Virus record (IMG/VR): IMGVR_UViG_3300045988_150219
Coordinates: 1 to 42,170 of that record
DNA from: a virus
Strand: one strand, 5' to 3'
DNA: 42,170 nt
Below are positions 7,048 through 16,999 of this stretch, piece by piece (position 1 is the first letter of the stretch; each line of letters starts with the position of its first letter). A program made the position numbers and the translations under genes. Below the pieces are notes generated by a model, which saw only the letters and a program-made list of their open reading frames with translations, did not search any database and had not been told where the DNA came from.

Positions 7048-7386
7048 CTATACCTCAGGCTCCGGAACAGGAATTCCGTCTTCCAAGAACTCTTCATCGT
7101 TTTCAAAGAGTTCTTCATTGGGCTCTTCCATCTCGACAATGTAAGGAATTATATCAGCGTAACGAGCGTTGAACTCCTTCATTTCATTGTCAGCAATGGT
7201 TGCTACAAGAGCGTCAACATCGTCTTGTTTGAGAATTCCCGATTCGACTTGCGGTGCAAGTGCCAGGCGCACGCTATCTTGGGATGCGTGTAACCGCTCA
7301 TCAGCGGAATCCTTTTCAAGTTGATATTGCTCAAACTTGTGTTGTAACATTTGGACGATTGCGTCCGTATCAAGAACGAGTCTCAT
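7048..7386 (-). CDS. Highly acidic hypothetical protein (112 aa)
   Basis: ORF in an operon with an E/D-rich C-terminus (VEMEEPNEELFENDEEFLEDGIPVPEPEV). Confidence 0.5.
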   Translation of the reverse strand: MRLVLDTDAIVQMLQHKFEQYQLEKDSADERLHASQDSVRLALAPQVESGILKQDDVDALVATIADNEMKEFNARYADIIPYIVEMEEPNEELFENDEEFLEDGIPVPEPEV

Positions 7387-7513
7387 GTTGTTTCTCCTTT
7401 TTAGATTTTTTCATACACTTTCCGCATACATAGTCATTGGTTTGACCCCTGAATGCGAACGGTGCTTTCTTTATTATTTTGCCACATACGGCACATTTTA
7501 TAACCCTATCCAC
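7370..7513 (-). CDS. Small zinc-ribbon ORF (47 aa), below the track's length cutoff
   Basis: GTG 7513 is preceded by GGGGAGGAA with 9-nt spacing. Hand translation gives MDRVIKCAVCGKIIKKAPFAFRGQTNDYVCGKCMKKSKKEKQHETRS (CxxC...CxxC). It bridges an otherwise empty gap and overlaps both neighbours. Confidence 0.45.
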   Translation of the reverse strand: MDRVIKCAVCGKIIKKAPFAFRGQTNDYVCGKCMKKSKKEKQHETRS

Positions 7514-7740
7514 GATTTGATTCCTCCCCAAATTTTGTCCCATAACTCTGAGAACACGTTGGGGTCAATGTATGTCTGAATAACTATCAATGCCCCAACG
7601 AATCCTATTATGAGAAGAGCAACTCCTGTCCAGAATGTTTTAACATCCGTGAACCAAGTCTTGAACAACAAGAACAAGCCTGTAATCCCGAAAAACACTA
7701 TGGACAAGTATTTGAGAATCCTATTCTTGCTGTCTTTCAC
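7498..7740 (-). CDS. Two-TM small membrane protein, holin-like
   Basis: 80 aa with two hydrophobic helices (LSIVFFGITGLFLLF and GVALLIIGFVGALIVI). It lies directly downstream of the tail-fibre genes. Confidence 0.45.
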   Translation of the reverse strand: MKDSKNRILKYLSIVFFGITGLFLLFKTWFTDVKTFWTGVALLIIGFVGALIVIQTYIDPNVFSELWDKIWGGIKSWIGL

Positions 7741-7759
7741 ATTACACCCTCCACTTCTA

Positions 7760-7948
7760 TTATACTGGTGATTTGTCGTTTATAGTCTCCGGAATCGGAG
7801 TTTTCTCACGGAACTCATACATATCGCCTGATAACTCAATATGAATTCCAGGCATATCCAGCGACTTGGGAGTGAATTGTATGGATTCGGATTCATAAAT
7901 TGTCTTTACTTCCCCTGTTTCTATGTTCACTTTTTCGACTATCATCAT
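7760..7948 (-). CDS. Hypothetical small protein (62 aa)
   Basis: Overlaps the stop of 7945-9270 by 4 nt. Confidence 0.45.
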   Translation of the reverse strand: MMIVEKVNIETGEVKTIYESESIQFTPKSLDMPGIHIELSGDMYEFREKTPIPETINDKSPV

Positions 7949-9270
7949 GCCACCTCTATTTTGTATGAGATTGTCAATACATCGCCTTCTGCAAGTGTTA
8001 TAGGTGTAGAGAAGTTGGCTGCTGTGCTGTTGTACAAACGATAACCAGGGCTACCAAACTCACTTGGCCATGGATTTACTCTGTCAAATGAAATTTGTAA
8101 TCCAGAGTCGCTTAATGGCATATGACAGAAATACCCGTTGGGATAATCTCCATAATATAATTCAGTGGCTAACCCTTTATATGCATATACGCTCAAATCA
8201 TCGTTTACTCTCACAAGACAATATTTTCCCGAGTCGAGAGGAATGAACATATAATTCCCAATCACACAGCATGTTGGATAAGAACGGACATATCCAGATG
8301 GCCATGCGTTATCCATAAAGTTAGATGACGCCAAAGGAATTGACGCATCCTCTGCTATGGGCTCATCAGGGATTTGCCACGCATTAGAAACCATCGTTCC
8401 CCCAGAAGAATAGAATTGTACCAGATAATTTTTAGTACCTGTGTTGATTATTCTTATAGCCCGACGATACGATGAAGAATTTGGTTGATACACTCCTGAA
8501 AATTGACTCAAGTCAAAATATCTTAACGGTGTGTCCAAGTTTGATTTATCATATATACACAGTCTTGTATATGTATCGTAAGGGTATTGTTGGATGCCTT
8601 TCTCAAAAGTTGTATTTGTGTATGCTGCTCTTTCATTGGGATTCGCAAGCGGATACGGGATTGTGTGTATAGCATATGCATAGGAACCCTCCAGAAGTCC
8701 CCCCATATATTGATTTGTAAACTTAAAGTTTGACAATTTCAAATTTGCGATAGCACATCCTTTATAAACTGAACCCAAATAACTGGCATACAATTTTCCG
8801 TCCATAACATGTACATACCCTCTACTGTTGGTGACATAATCTGTTATGAACTCAATTATATTATTTCCTGGATTATTTGAATCCAGGAACCCAACACTTT
8901 TAAGTGTTAGAGCCTGTTGGACTGTCCAAGTGTTCTGAACCACCAAAGACTTATCGTTTTTTGTGATTGTTGGTACGCTTTCCCACCATTTTGTTGCACC
9001 TGAATACTTTCCATACAACGCCACAGGGCGGAATTCGGGTTTTTCCAAATTCATGGTATCTTCAGAAAGTCCAAAATACTTAAAATAATTGGCAATATTC
9101 ACAAACGAAGTATCCCTCACATATTGGGAATTAAGCGTTCTTGATATTTCGGGGTATTCCAATGATTTTTTGAGTACCAATGCAGGAATATCGAATACTA
9201 CATTGTGTTCTCTCCTGTGTTCAGTTGTGCCGTCTTTTCGTTTGATATTTATATCAATTATGCCTTTCAC
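7945..9270 (-). CDS. Distal tail or receptor-binding protein candidate (441 aa)
   Basis: Large ORF at the distal end of the tail module. The call rests on position only. Confidence 0.4.
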   Translation of the reverse strand: MKGIIDINIKRKDGTTEHRREHNVVFDIPALVLKKSLEYPEISRTLNSQYVRDTSFVNIANYFKYFGLSEDTMNLEKPEFRPVALYGKYSGATKWWESVPTITKNDKSLVVQNTWTVQQALTLKSVGFLDSNNPGNNIIEFITDYVTNSRGYVHVMDGKLYASYLGSVYKGCAIANLKLSNFKFTNQYMGGLLEGSYAYAIHTIPYPLANPNERAAYTNTTFEKGIQQYPYDTYTRLCIYDKSNLDTPLRYFDLSQFSGVYQPNSSSYRRAIRIINTGTKNYLVQFYSSGGTMVSNAWQIPDEPIAEDASIPLASSNFMDNAWPSGYVRSYPTCCVIGNYMFIPLDSGKYCLVRVNDDLSVYAYKGLATELYYGDYPNGYFCHMPLSDSGLQISFDRVNPWPSEFGSPGYRLYNSTAANFSTPITLAEGDVLTISYKIEVA

Positions 9271-9285
9271 GCTTTGTTCCTCCTT

Positions 9286-9957
9286 TTAGAACGGTGTCGG
9301 TGTATCGTTAATTGTTATTGTACCAGAATCGGTCGGTGTTAATTTGGTCCAAAGTTGTATTGATGTTAGAGATATTCCGTTTGTTGCCCAAGCACTCAAA
9401 TCAAGATTGTCTTCTATGATATGAACATTCGTGTTTTGGTACGTAGAACAGTTCTCTTCCAGACCAAGGTTGCTCCATATCGAACCCTCTGCAGGAACTC
9501 CTTTTGATGCCCAGAATTTTAAGTACAATTTCTCTTTGGCTACAAGCGGAAGTCGCTGATACGTGGCTTTTACCCACATTTGAGAATCCGAATCCCAAAC
9601 ATATGCATCACATTCAACTTGCATACCATCTATGTTAACAACAGAATTGGATAAGTTCATGTTGATATCCAGTGTACGATTGTTAACAAGGTGAACAGTG
9701 TCAGTTCCAATAGTACCATTTAGTGCTGAAAACAAGAATACTCCGTTGTCAGCATATATGTTACCATCAGATTCAACCAAGTTATTATTGACACCAACTT
9801 GCTTGATTGTCTTAACATTGGGGGGAGTGATGTCTTCCGGGAACACAAGAACTATGTCGCCAGATTTTCCAGGAGATGTTGGAATCGTATTGGACGCAGT
9901 TATGTTCCAAGAGACTCCCCCCAATACTTGGATGTATGGATTCCTGATTATTGGCAT
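9286..9957 (-). CDS. Tail or baseplate-associated protein (223 aa)
   Basis: Lies between the fibre-like ORFs. The call rests on position only. Confidence 0.4.
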   Translation of the reverse strand: MPIIRNPYIQVLGGVSWNITASNTIPTSPGKSGDIVLVFPEDITPPNVKTIKQVGVNNNLVESDGNIYADNGVFLFSALNGTIGTDTVHLVNNRTLDINMNLSNSVVNIDGMQVECDAYVWDSDSQMWVKATYQRLPLVAKEKLYLKFWASKGVPAEGSIWSNLGLEENCSTYQNTNVHIIEDNLDLSAWATNGISLTSIQLWTKLTPTDSGTITINDTPTPF

Positions 9958-9959
9958 AT

Positions 9960-11114
9960 CTATCCCTCCACAATGTTAATTCCTGTAATGGATTGTTCGG
10001 GCTTTTGAGTTGCAAAATATGTGATTTGAGAATCCGTGATACTCCCAATTGCAATCCCATAACGAGCCATATCAAGCGTATTGAATACTCCTGAAACAAC
10101 ACTCGTGGGATTCAATTGAAGAGTTGTGGATTTGGTAGCCTTGACAACAAATGGTTCAATGTCCAAATCCTCAACCCAATCGGATTCAGCAATTGTTACA
10201 GATTCACTGACTGTTTCCACATAACTCAACCCCTGTGGACCTCTTTCACCTTTGGTGTACGCAACTTGCAAAATCTCGAATGTTGCCATCGTGTCTGCAA
10301 TATCAATGATTCGAGCAGAACACAACCACGAGTTCGTTGACATTGCGTTGTCTTTGATTACAAGATAGAAAGTGTCTCCCACAACAGGAGTACGATTGAA
10401 GTTGTTAACATGGTCAGTGTATGCTTTGAGTCTCTGCGGAGGATTGTCAAACATAACATCATAAACATCGTTATGAACCAATCCAATCGTGCCTGTTTCG
10501 CCTTGAAGTCCCTGTTGACCTTGAGGAATCCCAAAACGGAAGTCCGTGTACCAAATCTTGTCATCTGGTTCGTATCGTTCAGTGATGTACACATATGGCT
10601 CAGAGTCCGGAGACAATTCCACTGTTTCAATCGTTCCAACATGGATTCTGTCACCGCCCGAACTTCCGCCAACAATAGACTTGACAGTCCGTTTGAATTC
10701 TGATATACCATCAGAACCCAACACGAATCTGGCGATTTCAACTTGGTATGTACCATGTCCTGATGCTGTCTTGAATAACTCATCCTGAACCAAATCCTGG
10801 GTCTCTTGGACAACAAATGAAAATTCTACCACACCGCTATCGGATACGACAACCTGTGCTATGATTTGGTAATTTATGGGATTGGAAGGCAAGTTATTGA
10901 ATGTCCAATCCTTTGAGTCTTCAATCCAGATTTGGTGTCCACATATAAGGAGTTCCCCAGAACTCAATGTGATTGTATTCGTGGTATGAACCATGGCACC
11001 GCTGTTGAGCACGTTAACAACATAACCATCCCTGTTACCAGCGGTGAATCGGTTGAATGCTGCTCCATTTATGTTGGTATTCTCAACAGCATTGTTGGTT
11101 AGAATCTTAATCAC
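9960..11114 (-). CDS. Tail fibre protein with short collagen-like Gly-X-Y runs
   Basis: GQQGLQGETGTIG (10482-10520) and GERGPQG (10230-10250). The likely start is GTG 11114 (GGAGGAG 6 nt upstream, GTGA overlap with the upstream stop); the track extends to 11138. Confidence 0.6.
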   Translation of the reverse strand: MIKILTNNAVENTNINGAAFNRFTAGNRDGYVVNVLNSGAMVHTTNTITLSSGELLICGHQIWIEDSKDWTFNNLPSNPINYQIIAQVVVSDSGVVEFSFVVQETQDLVQDELFKTASGHGTYQVEIARFVLGSDGISEFKRTVKSIVGGSSGGDRIHVGTIETVELSPDSEPYVYITERYEPDDKIWYTDFRFGIPQGQQGLQGETGTIGLVHNDVYDVMFDNPPQRLKAYTDHVNNFNRTPVVGDTFYLVIKDNAMSTNSWLCSARIIDIADTMATFEILQVAYTKGERGPQGLSYVETVSESVTIAESDWVEDLDIEPFVVKATKSTTLQLNPTSVVSGVFNTLDMARYGIAIGSITDSQITYFATQKPEQSITGINIVEG

Positions 11115-12037
11115 GATGTTCTCCTCCATATGTAGCATACAATGTAAGGTTGCATGTTGTTGTGAGCGATATTCCCACCAGTGCTCTCTGTTGTCCGAGA
11201 AACACTGTCGCCACTCACACCAGCAGTTGTAATACCGCCATACCCAGCACCAATGTCAGGATAACCATAAGAGTGACTGTGAGATGGCAACTCCTTGACG
11301 ATGAGTCTGTGTTCAAACTCGCCATCTTGACTTCCTGCACCAAAAGTTTTTGTTGTTTTGCGGGAATCCGTTGTGGTGCCAGCACCCACGATAACTCGTC
11401 CTTGGGAGTATTGTTCCCATGTACCGCCAAGATATGTTGACGGATTCACATTGTTGGTGCTTATCTTAATGGAGCCAACAGGATATATCATCTCAAGCAA
11501 TGCCAACTGCAATGTCTTGAAATCCCCTGATTTGGTTTTGACTCTCTCAGAGTTTTCAGCCTTCTCGACAACTCCCACTTCAATGAGTTTGAATTGTGCT
11601 ACAACATTCGATATGACTCCGCTGAGAGATTGGAATCGGTACAACACAACATTGGCAACTCCGGAAGGATTCTGAGTCAAATCATCCCCCTTGGCTATTG
11701 TGGGATATGTTGCTGTATCGTATGTTGCTTTCAGAGTTATAACAGGGGATTCAGTGCGCAAATCGTATTCAAGATATACCACATAATACCGAGTTGTTGC
11801 TATGTTGTCTATTGTAACACTCACTCCATTGGCATCAATAATCGCTTGCCAACCATCGCATATAACTTCACCGCTGTTAACAGTGAATGTTGTGCCTGTT
11901 GAAGTGTATGAGCATTCTTGATTATAATCTTTGGTGACTCCATTATATCCCGACAATGCATAGCGGAACATGCGACTATCGTCCATGCCCTGAACAGTTG
12001 GGGTATCACTTTGTCGTCTCAACAGCGAAACTGCCAT
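11111..12037 (-). CDS. Baseplate or tail-fibre protein with a tail-collar-like C-terminal domain
   Basis: ATG 12037 has a GGAGGAAAT SD. The C-terminus GGTWEQYSQGRVIVGAG...HRLIVKELPSHSHSY...GGNIAHNNMQPY resembles the phage tail-collar (MdpB-like) domain. Confidence 0.6.
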   Translation of the reverse strand: MAVSLLRRQSDTPTVQGMDDSRMFRYALSGYNGVTKDYNQECSYTSTGTTFTVNSGEVICDGWQAIIDANGVSVTIDNIATTRYYVVYLEYDLRTESPVITLKATYDTATYPTIAKGDDLTQNPSGVANVVLYRFQSLSGVISNVVAQFKLIEVGVVEKAENSERVKTKSGDFKTLQLALLEMIYPVGSIKISTNNVNPSTYLGGTWEQYSQGRVIVGAGTTTDSRKTTKTFGAGSQDGEFEHRLIVKELPSHSHSYGYPDIGAGYGGITTAGVSGDSVSRTTESTGGNIAHNNMQPYIVCYIWRRTS

Positions 12038-12047
12038 ATTTCCTCCG

Positions 12048-13079
12048 TTAGAATAGTTGCGTAAGCAATTGCGTTCTATAACCAATTGTGAGTCTGTACT
12101 TTCCGTTGCTATCGGTTTCAATTTCGCCAACAGGCATTTTCTTGTACAATCCCACATCAGTGTATATGTTCACTGCCGTATCGAATGAGATTCCCCGCAA
12201 TACTGAATCGTTGCTTGCGTCGATGTCAAAATTCTCTTGATACCGATTCTCTGCAAGCCCCATGATTGCGTCGTAACGAGCAGATGCTATGTCTTCATCA
12301 GAACTCGCAATGTAGTTGCGATTCTTGATTGGGTACACAATTGGCTTATTGGTTGGTTCCTTGGCAATTGTATTGTCTTCACAGAGCACATAGGAATCTT
12401 GCAATACATAACTTGTGTTATACACTGATACTTTATTATACTCCCCAAAGTCCTTAACAATTCTATCAATTCCATAATCCGACAGACGAATGTTCTTGGT
12501 ACGGATTCCAACCTTGCTGAAATTGTATGTTAACGATTTGGAGTGAACATCCAATACAGGAGTACAGAACAAGTCATAATAACTCATGTATTGAGAGATT
12601 ATATCGTACACCAAAGCACTTTCTGTTTCGGTCGGGATTATACTTGTGTCTGCTGTAATATTGGATAACGAATCTGTGTTCCAAGAGATTCCATCGAATC
12701 CGATTTCCCCATTTTGGGTTGTCCATAATCCCAATATAACATCAAAAATTGTCTTGACGGAAGCATTCGGGTAGTTGGTTGTAATAGTTGCCCAAGGAAT
12801 TATGATTTCACTGTTCATGAGTGTCATAAAATCTTTGAGCACAAGAGTCGTTTTTTGAGTCTTATCATCAATGTCAGGAGTGCCTGCCAATCCGCTGAAC
12901 AACTCATGCCCTTTCTCATTGTTAACTACAACAAAAAACGGACTTGCTTCAGAAGGAAGTTGTTGGCATACAATTGACATTGTGTCAAAATCGTATGCAC
13001 GTTGAACTCTGTTCCAACTTTCAATCTTGTACAAGCCCCGATAACTGGACATATTTTGGTCATACAATACTGCGTACAT
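12048..13079 (-). CDS. Tail-associated (Tal/baseplate-hub-like) protein
   Basis: 343-aa ORF directly after the Dit-like gene, the canonical siphovirus order TMP-Dit-Tal. Confidence 0.45.
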   Translation of the reverse strand: MYAVLYDQNMSSYRGLYKIESWNRVQRAYDFDTMSIVCQQLPSEASPFFVVVNNEKGHELFSGLAGTPDIDDKTQKTTLVLKDFMTLMNSEIIIPWATITTNYPNASVKTIFDVILGLWTTQNGEIGFDGISWNTDSLSNITADTSIIPTETESALVYDIISQYMSYYDLFCTPVLDVHSKSLTYNFSKVGIRTKNIRLSDYGIDRIVKDFGEYNKVSVYNTSYVLQDSYVLCEDNTIAKEPTNKPIVYPIKNRNYIASSDEDIASARYDAIMGLAENRYQENFDIDASNDSVLRGISFDTAVNIYTDVGLYKKMPVGEIETDSNGKYRLTIGYRTQLLTQLF

Positions 13080-13087
13080 GTGTCCTC

Positions 13088-13945
13088 CTACAAGGTGTAC
13101 TGGCGATAAGAGCCACGCAAATACCCAGTGTCATTCGCCGTCAGATTGATGCTCAATCGACTTATTGTGTTCTCTTCTGCATACAAGAACTTGTCGAATG
13201 ATGCCCCCAAATCCAAATAATCATATGCGTCTTGATAAGCGTTGTTGCGATACAACAGCACCTGCTTGTTGATGGCATCAACTATCACGTGTTCTCCGTC
13301 AACCAGCGTCAAATCGTTGAACTTAACGCTGGAATACACTGTGTCTGTTTCATCCAACAGAGATATGACAGGATTCGATATGCTTCCGTACACCCATATT
13401 CTGAGCGGAATTTCGTCAAAATACGTGTTGAATATCTCGTTGTTAGATACAACTTTGGAGCCATAGGAATACGGATATTTCAACGGATATTTCTTGCCCG
13501 TGGAACTGTATTGAATACGAATGGTGTTGTCTTTGTATATGTACTTGGGTGTCCCAGGTGCAAACACCAATCCGCATTTCAATGCTCCATATTCAGTTTT
13601 CTCCGTTTTGGTTAATTTGCGAACTTTCCCTTCCCACATCTTTACAACAGTGGTGTCATTGTACTCGAATACAATGCGGGAATTCATGTATTTCTGGATA
13701 AACCTTGCCAGAGCATTGTATCTCTCATACACATAACCATCCGCAAACACAATTGTGAGATTCGTGTCGATTCTCTTCTCTTTCGCACTCGTGAAGTATG
13801 TTGTGAGCCGTTGTTCCAGTGTGGTAAACTCCATCTCAAACCCCAGATTCTGGGGAGATTCGACATAATCCAGGTTGTATCTATCGACGATTTGGTCAAA
13901 GTCGTCAATAACCAACAACGCAAACTTTCTGATATTCAGTGCCAT
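13088..13945 (-). CDS. Distal tail protein (Dit-like)
   Basis: 285-aa ORF directly downstream of the tape measure gene. Confidence 0.55.
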   Translation of the reverse strand: MALNIRKFALLVIDDFDQIVDRYNLDYVESPQNLGFEMEFTTLEQRLTTYFTSAKEKRIDTNLTIVFADGYVYERYNALARFIQKYMNSRIVFEYNDTTVVKMWEGKVRKLTKTEKTEYGALKCGLVFAPGTPKYIYKDNTIRIQYSSTGKKYPLKYPYSYGSKVVSNNEIFNTYFDEIPLRIWVYGSISNPVISLLDETDTVYSSVKFNDLTLVDGEHVIVDAINKQVLLYRNNAYQDAYDYLDLGASFDKFLYAEENTISRLSINLTANDTGYLRGSYRQYTL

Positions 13946-13947
13946 TC

Positions 13948-15669
13948 TTAACTCCTTGAACTTGCCTGGAGTTTGAGTGCTTGATTTATTTTGTTAACCA
14001 AGTCCTCTGCTGTATCTCCTGCTTCATTCACTATGCTGATGTTTGTGGTGGAATTGTCCACGCTATTGTCTTGTATGATTTCAGTTGTACTACCAGAACC
14101 TCCACCTCCGGACGCAGAACTTTTCATAGCCTTATCGACTTCTGATTGAACATTGGAATAGTCCAATGAAGTCTGGGAAGTCCCAGTGGTTCCTTCAATA
14201 TCTTTCTGAGCAGATTTTACAGCAGCAACAACTGCTGCAATACCTGCAGCAATACCCACAGCAGCGACTCCAAGCGTGAGTGCGCTTTGGAATGCGCCAA
14301 ACGCTATCGCTGCCCCGAGAGCAACTGTTGTGAGCGTTCCCAATATGGCAATTACTTTCTGCCAAGTGTTCATGTTGCCCCAGTTGGCAATTATTGCGCC
14401 AATCTCGAATAATGCTGCACCCAGTGTCCCAAATATCAGCGCACTCTTTGCTGTAGCAAAATTCAGTGTTGTGAACACCTTAACAAGTGAACCGATTCCT
14501 GTTATGAGTTTTCCGGAGAGAGTCAACAACGGTGATAGTGCTGCAGCAATGAGCAAGAATTTCAACACGGTCTCTTGCCCAGAAGCACCCAATTTATCGA
14601 ACCAGCCTGTTAATTTTTCAATCACAGGAACGACTTTGTCATTCACAAATGATGCAACCTTTTGCATGATTGGTATCAGAGCAGCCCCCAATTGGTACGA
14701 TGCATACTGAACAGAAGTGCGCATTTGGTATAACGAATCGTCCATTTTGGCCAATTGTTTCACTTGGTCATCCGAAAAATAGTTCATTTGGGCGAATTCT
14801 TCCCGGAATTTGGTTAATTCCTGTTCCCCTGCGTTAATACTTGGGATGAGTTGGTTAGCAATCCTATCACCAAAAATTTCGTTGGCATATGTCATCTGGA
14901 GAGTTTTATCTTCAACTTTGGATAACGCATTCAGCAATGCGTCAAACATTTCTTCTTGATTCGCAAAATCGCTCATGGAGAGTCCGAGATTCTCAATGGC
15001 TTTTGCTGCTTCATTCGTTTTTCCAGATGAAAAATCCAAAAGAGCAGCACGAGCACGCACCAAACCTTTCTGAAAGTATTCAAAATCAATTCCTGTCTGT
15101 ACAGCCACGTATTGCCATTCTTGAATCTTTCGTGTGGACACTCCCAATCGTTGGGATAAATCATCAATCTCTGCTCCTGCAGAGGCAGCATCCATACCGA
15201 GTTTGGCCAATCCTGTTATGGCAGCCGTTGCGCCCAATGAGACACCACGCAAGGAATTCCCCAATTTGGTTACATTAGCCCCCAATTTGGATATGCTTTC
15301 AGAGATTCGAGTGAATTTGAGTTTGTTTATTTCTTCAAGCCGTTGTTGTGCAAGTTCGGCTTTGTTTTCCAATTTGATAAGTTCAGTTTGAAGTTTTACA
15401 TACTCTGCTGTATCGGTCTTGCCTGCGGATTCAAACTGACGCAATTTATCTCGCACTTTTTCGGCACTTGCTTCTGTTTTGGCAAGTGCCTCTTGTGCCA
15501 GTTTTTGGGCTTGAGCAAACTTGGCATTGTCCCATTTCAGAGTTAAGGATTTTTGGAGTTCCTTAATCTGCTTGGAAGTTTGGTCCACAGACTTCTGGGC
15601 TTTGTTTATTCCCTTGATGAATTGTGTGGTGTCCGCACCTATTGTGACTGTAATACTCTTGTTTGCCAT
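13948..15669 (-). CDS. Tape measure protein
   Basis: 573 aa with an N-terminal coiled coil (KQIKELQKSL..., LQTELIKLENKAELAQQRLEEINKL) and a Gly/Ala-rich hydrophobic core (GAAIAFGAFQSALTLGVAAVGIAAGIAAVVAAV). It follows the G/T chaperone pair. Confidence 0.9.
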   Translation of the reverse strand: MANKSITVTIGADTTQFIKGINKAQKSVDQTSKQIKELQKSLTLKWDNAKFAQAQKLAQEALAKTEASAEKVRDKLRQFESAGKTDTAEYVKLQTELIKLENKAELAQQRLEEINKLKFTRISESISKLGANVTKLGNSLRGVSLGATAAITGLAKLGMDAASAGAEIDDLSQRLGVSTRKIQEWQYVAVQTGIDFEYFQKGLVRARAALLDFSSGKTNEAAKAIENLGLSMSDFANQEEMFDALLNALSKVEDKTLQMTYANEIFGDRIANQLIPSINAGEQELTKFREEFAQMNYFSDDQVKQLAKMDDSLYQMRTSVQYASYQLGAALIPIMQKVASFVNDKVVPVIEKLTGWFDKLGASGQETVLKFLLIAAALSPLLTLSGKLITGIGSLVKVFTTLNFATAKSALIFGTLGAALFEIGAIIANWGNMNTWQKVIAILGTLTTVALGAAIAFGAFQSALTLGVAAVGIAAGIAAVVAAVKSAQKDIEGTTGTSQTSLDYSNVQSEVDKAMKSSASGGGGSGSTTEIIQDNSVDNSTTNISIVNEAGDTAEDLVNKINQALKLQASSRS

Positions 15670-15672
15670 TTT

Positions 15673-16358
15673 CTACCCTTTCGACCATTTCCGTATGTCT
15701 TCTGTTGACATAGGCTTGATATGGTGTATTCCTTGTCGCTGTGCTTCTTCTTGTTTTTTGGAAGCAATAAACTCTTTGAATTCTGCAATACGATATTGTA
15801 TCAGCAAGCACTGTAAATCCGTGTAATGAAGTCTCTTCATCATCGAATCTGATATTCCGTACTTGACACAATCCCGTACTTGTTGCAAAAATCTTGGCAT
15901 AGCCAGAGATTCAGGCTTGGGAGATTCGTATGCTTTGACGAATTCCCAGAGCCTTAACAATTCCCTGCTATGCCGAATCAGTTTTTTTCAACCGAGCCAC
16001 CAAAAATTGAATTAAACACATCGACGATAGTGGTGATGAGTCTCTCCAAATAATCCAAATCGTTCATGGAGAATAACTGGAGAAATTGCTTAAAATTGAG
16101 TTCTGTCTCTATGTAACAGTACAAACCTTTGAGCATGCTTGTTACCACAGCAAGATTGCAATCTTTTTCAGCAATCTTGACTACACGAGAACAGTATGAT
16201 TGCAAGTCTTCTTTTTCGGCTTGCTTGGGAAAATTCTGTTCCCAACGCTGTTCACTGAATATCGACTCATCCACATAGATTTTGATTTGACCTTCTGTGG
16301 ATTGAATCTTGCCATCAATGAGTTGTTGCTGCAAAGTAGGAAGGGTGGCTGCTATCAT
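15673..16358 (-). CDS. Tail assembly chaperone G-T fusion made by a -1 frameshift
   Basis: After a -1 slip at A_AAA_AAC (15987-15981), the G frame reads ...EKKLIRHSRELLRLWEF, in frame with track ORF 15673-15960. Confidence 0.7.
15978..16358 (-). CDS. Tail assembly chaperone (gpG-like)
   Basis: 126-aa acidic ORF between the major tail protein and the tape measure. It ends ...GGSVEKN on the slippery run. Confidence 0.7.
   Translation of the reverse strand: MIAATLPTLQQQLIDGKIQSTEGQIKIYVDESIFSEQRWEQNFPKQAEKEDLQSYCSRVVKIAEKDCNLAVVTSMLKGLYCYIETELNFKQFLQLFSMNDLDYLERLITTIVDVFNSIFGGSVEKN
15981..15987 (-). promoter_or_regulatory. Programmed -1 ribosomal frameshift heptamer A_AAA_AAC
   Basis: The minus strand reads GAA AAA AAC TGA. 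It fits the X_XXY_YYZ pattern immediately before the G stop, and the -1 frame is open into the T ORF. Confidence 0.7.
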
Positions 16359-16369
16359 TGGTTAACTCC

Positions 16370-16999
16370 TTATGCGGATGCCATTTTGGGCACAGGAACT
16401 GTATCCCCGAATGTTGCATAACCAGCATCGTCTGGCCAGCAGATAACTCGGGTGGCATACAGTTTATTGCCCTTGGCATCAATGTAATCGGTCTCTCCCG
16501 ATGATGCTTGAATCGGCGTACCATAGACTGTGAGAGGAATCGACACAATGTTGGTGTTGATGCTGTCCGTCTTCTGGGACACCGTTGTACTCGGACGGGA
16601 AGTCGTTACATTCAGCAACCAGCACTTGATGACATCAATGTCACCCTTGTCTGTGCCGTCCACTTCCATGCCTTCCAATTCAACGTAAATGTTGATAGGA
16701 ACTTCACCAACTTGGCGAATATCCGCAACACCGATAGCCAAAGGCTGTTTGCGCCTTTGAGAGACTTCAAAATCGTCGAACAGAGACACCATATCCAATG
16801 AACCCGTGTAGCCTTTGTCATTGGGAAGTGCAAGAATGACTTCACCATCCCCATAGATTTTTTGCTCATTGAAATCAGCGTCAAGTTTGAGCGCATCGGA
16901 CTTGCCGATGGATTTGATTTCCGTCGGATTCGCAAGCGTGCAATACTTGGCATTCTTTACATTGAACAATAGCACGTTCTTGTATTTGTTATCAGGCAT
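16370..16999 (-). CDS. Major tail protein
   Basis: 209-aa ORF directly upstream of the G/T chaperones, in the standard siphovirus position. Confidence 0.7.
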   Translation of the reverse strand: MPDNKYKNVLLFNVKNAKYCTLANPTEIKSIGKSDALKLDADFNEQKIYGDGEVILALPNDKGYTGSLDMVSLFDDFEVSQRRKQPLAIGVADIRQVGEVPINIYVELEGMEVDGTDKGDIDVIKCWLLNVTTSRPSTTVSQKTDSINTNIVSIPLTVYGTPIQASSGETDYIDAKGNKLYATRVICWPDDAGYATFGDTVPVPKMASA

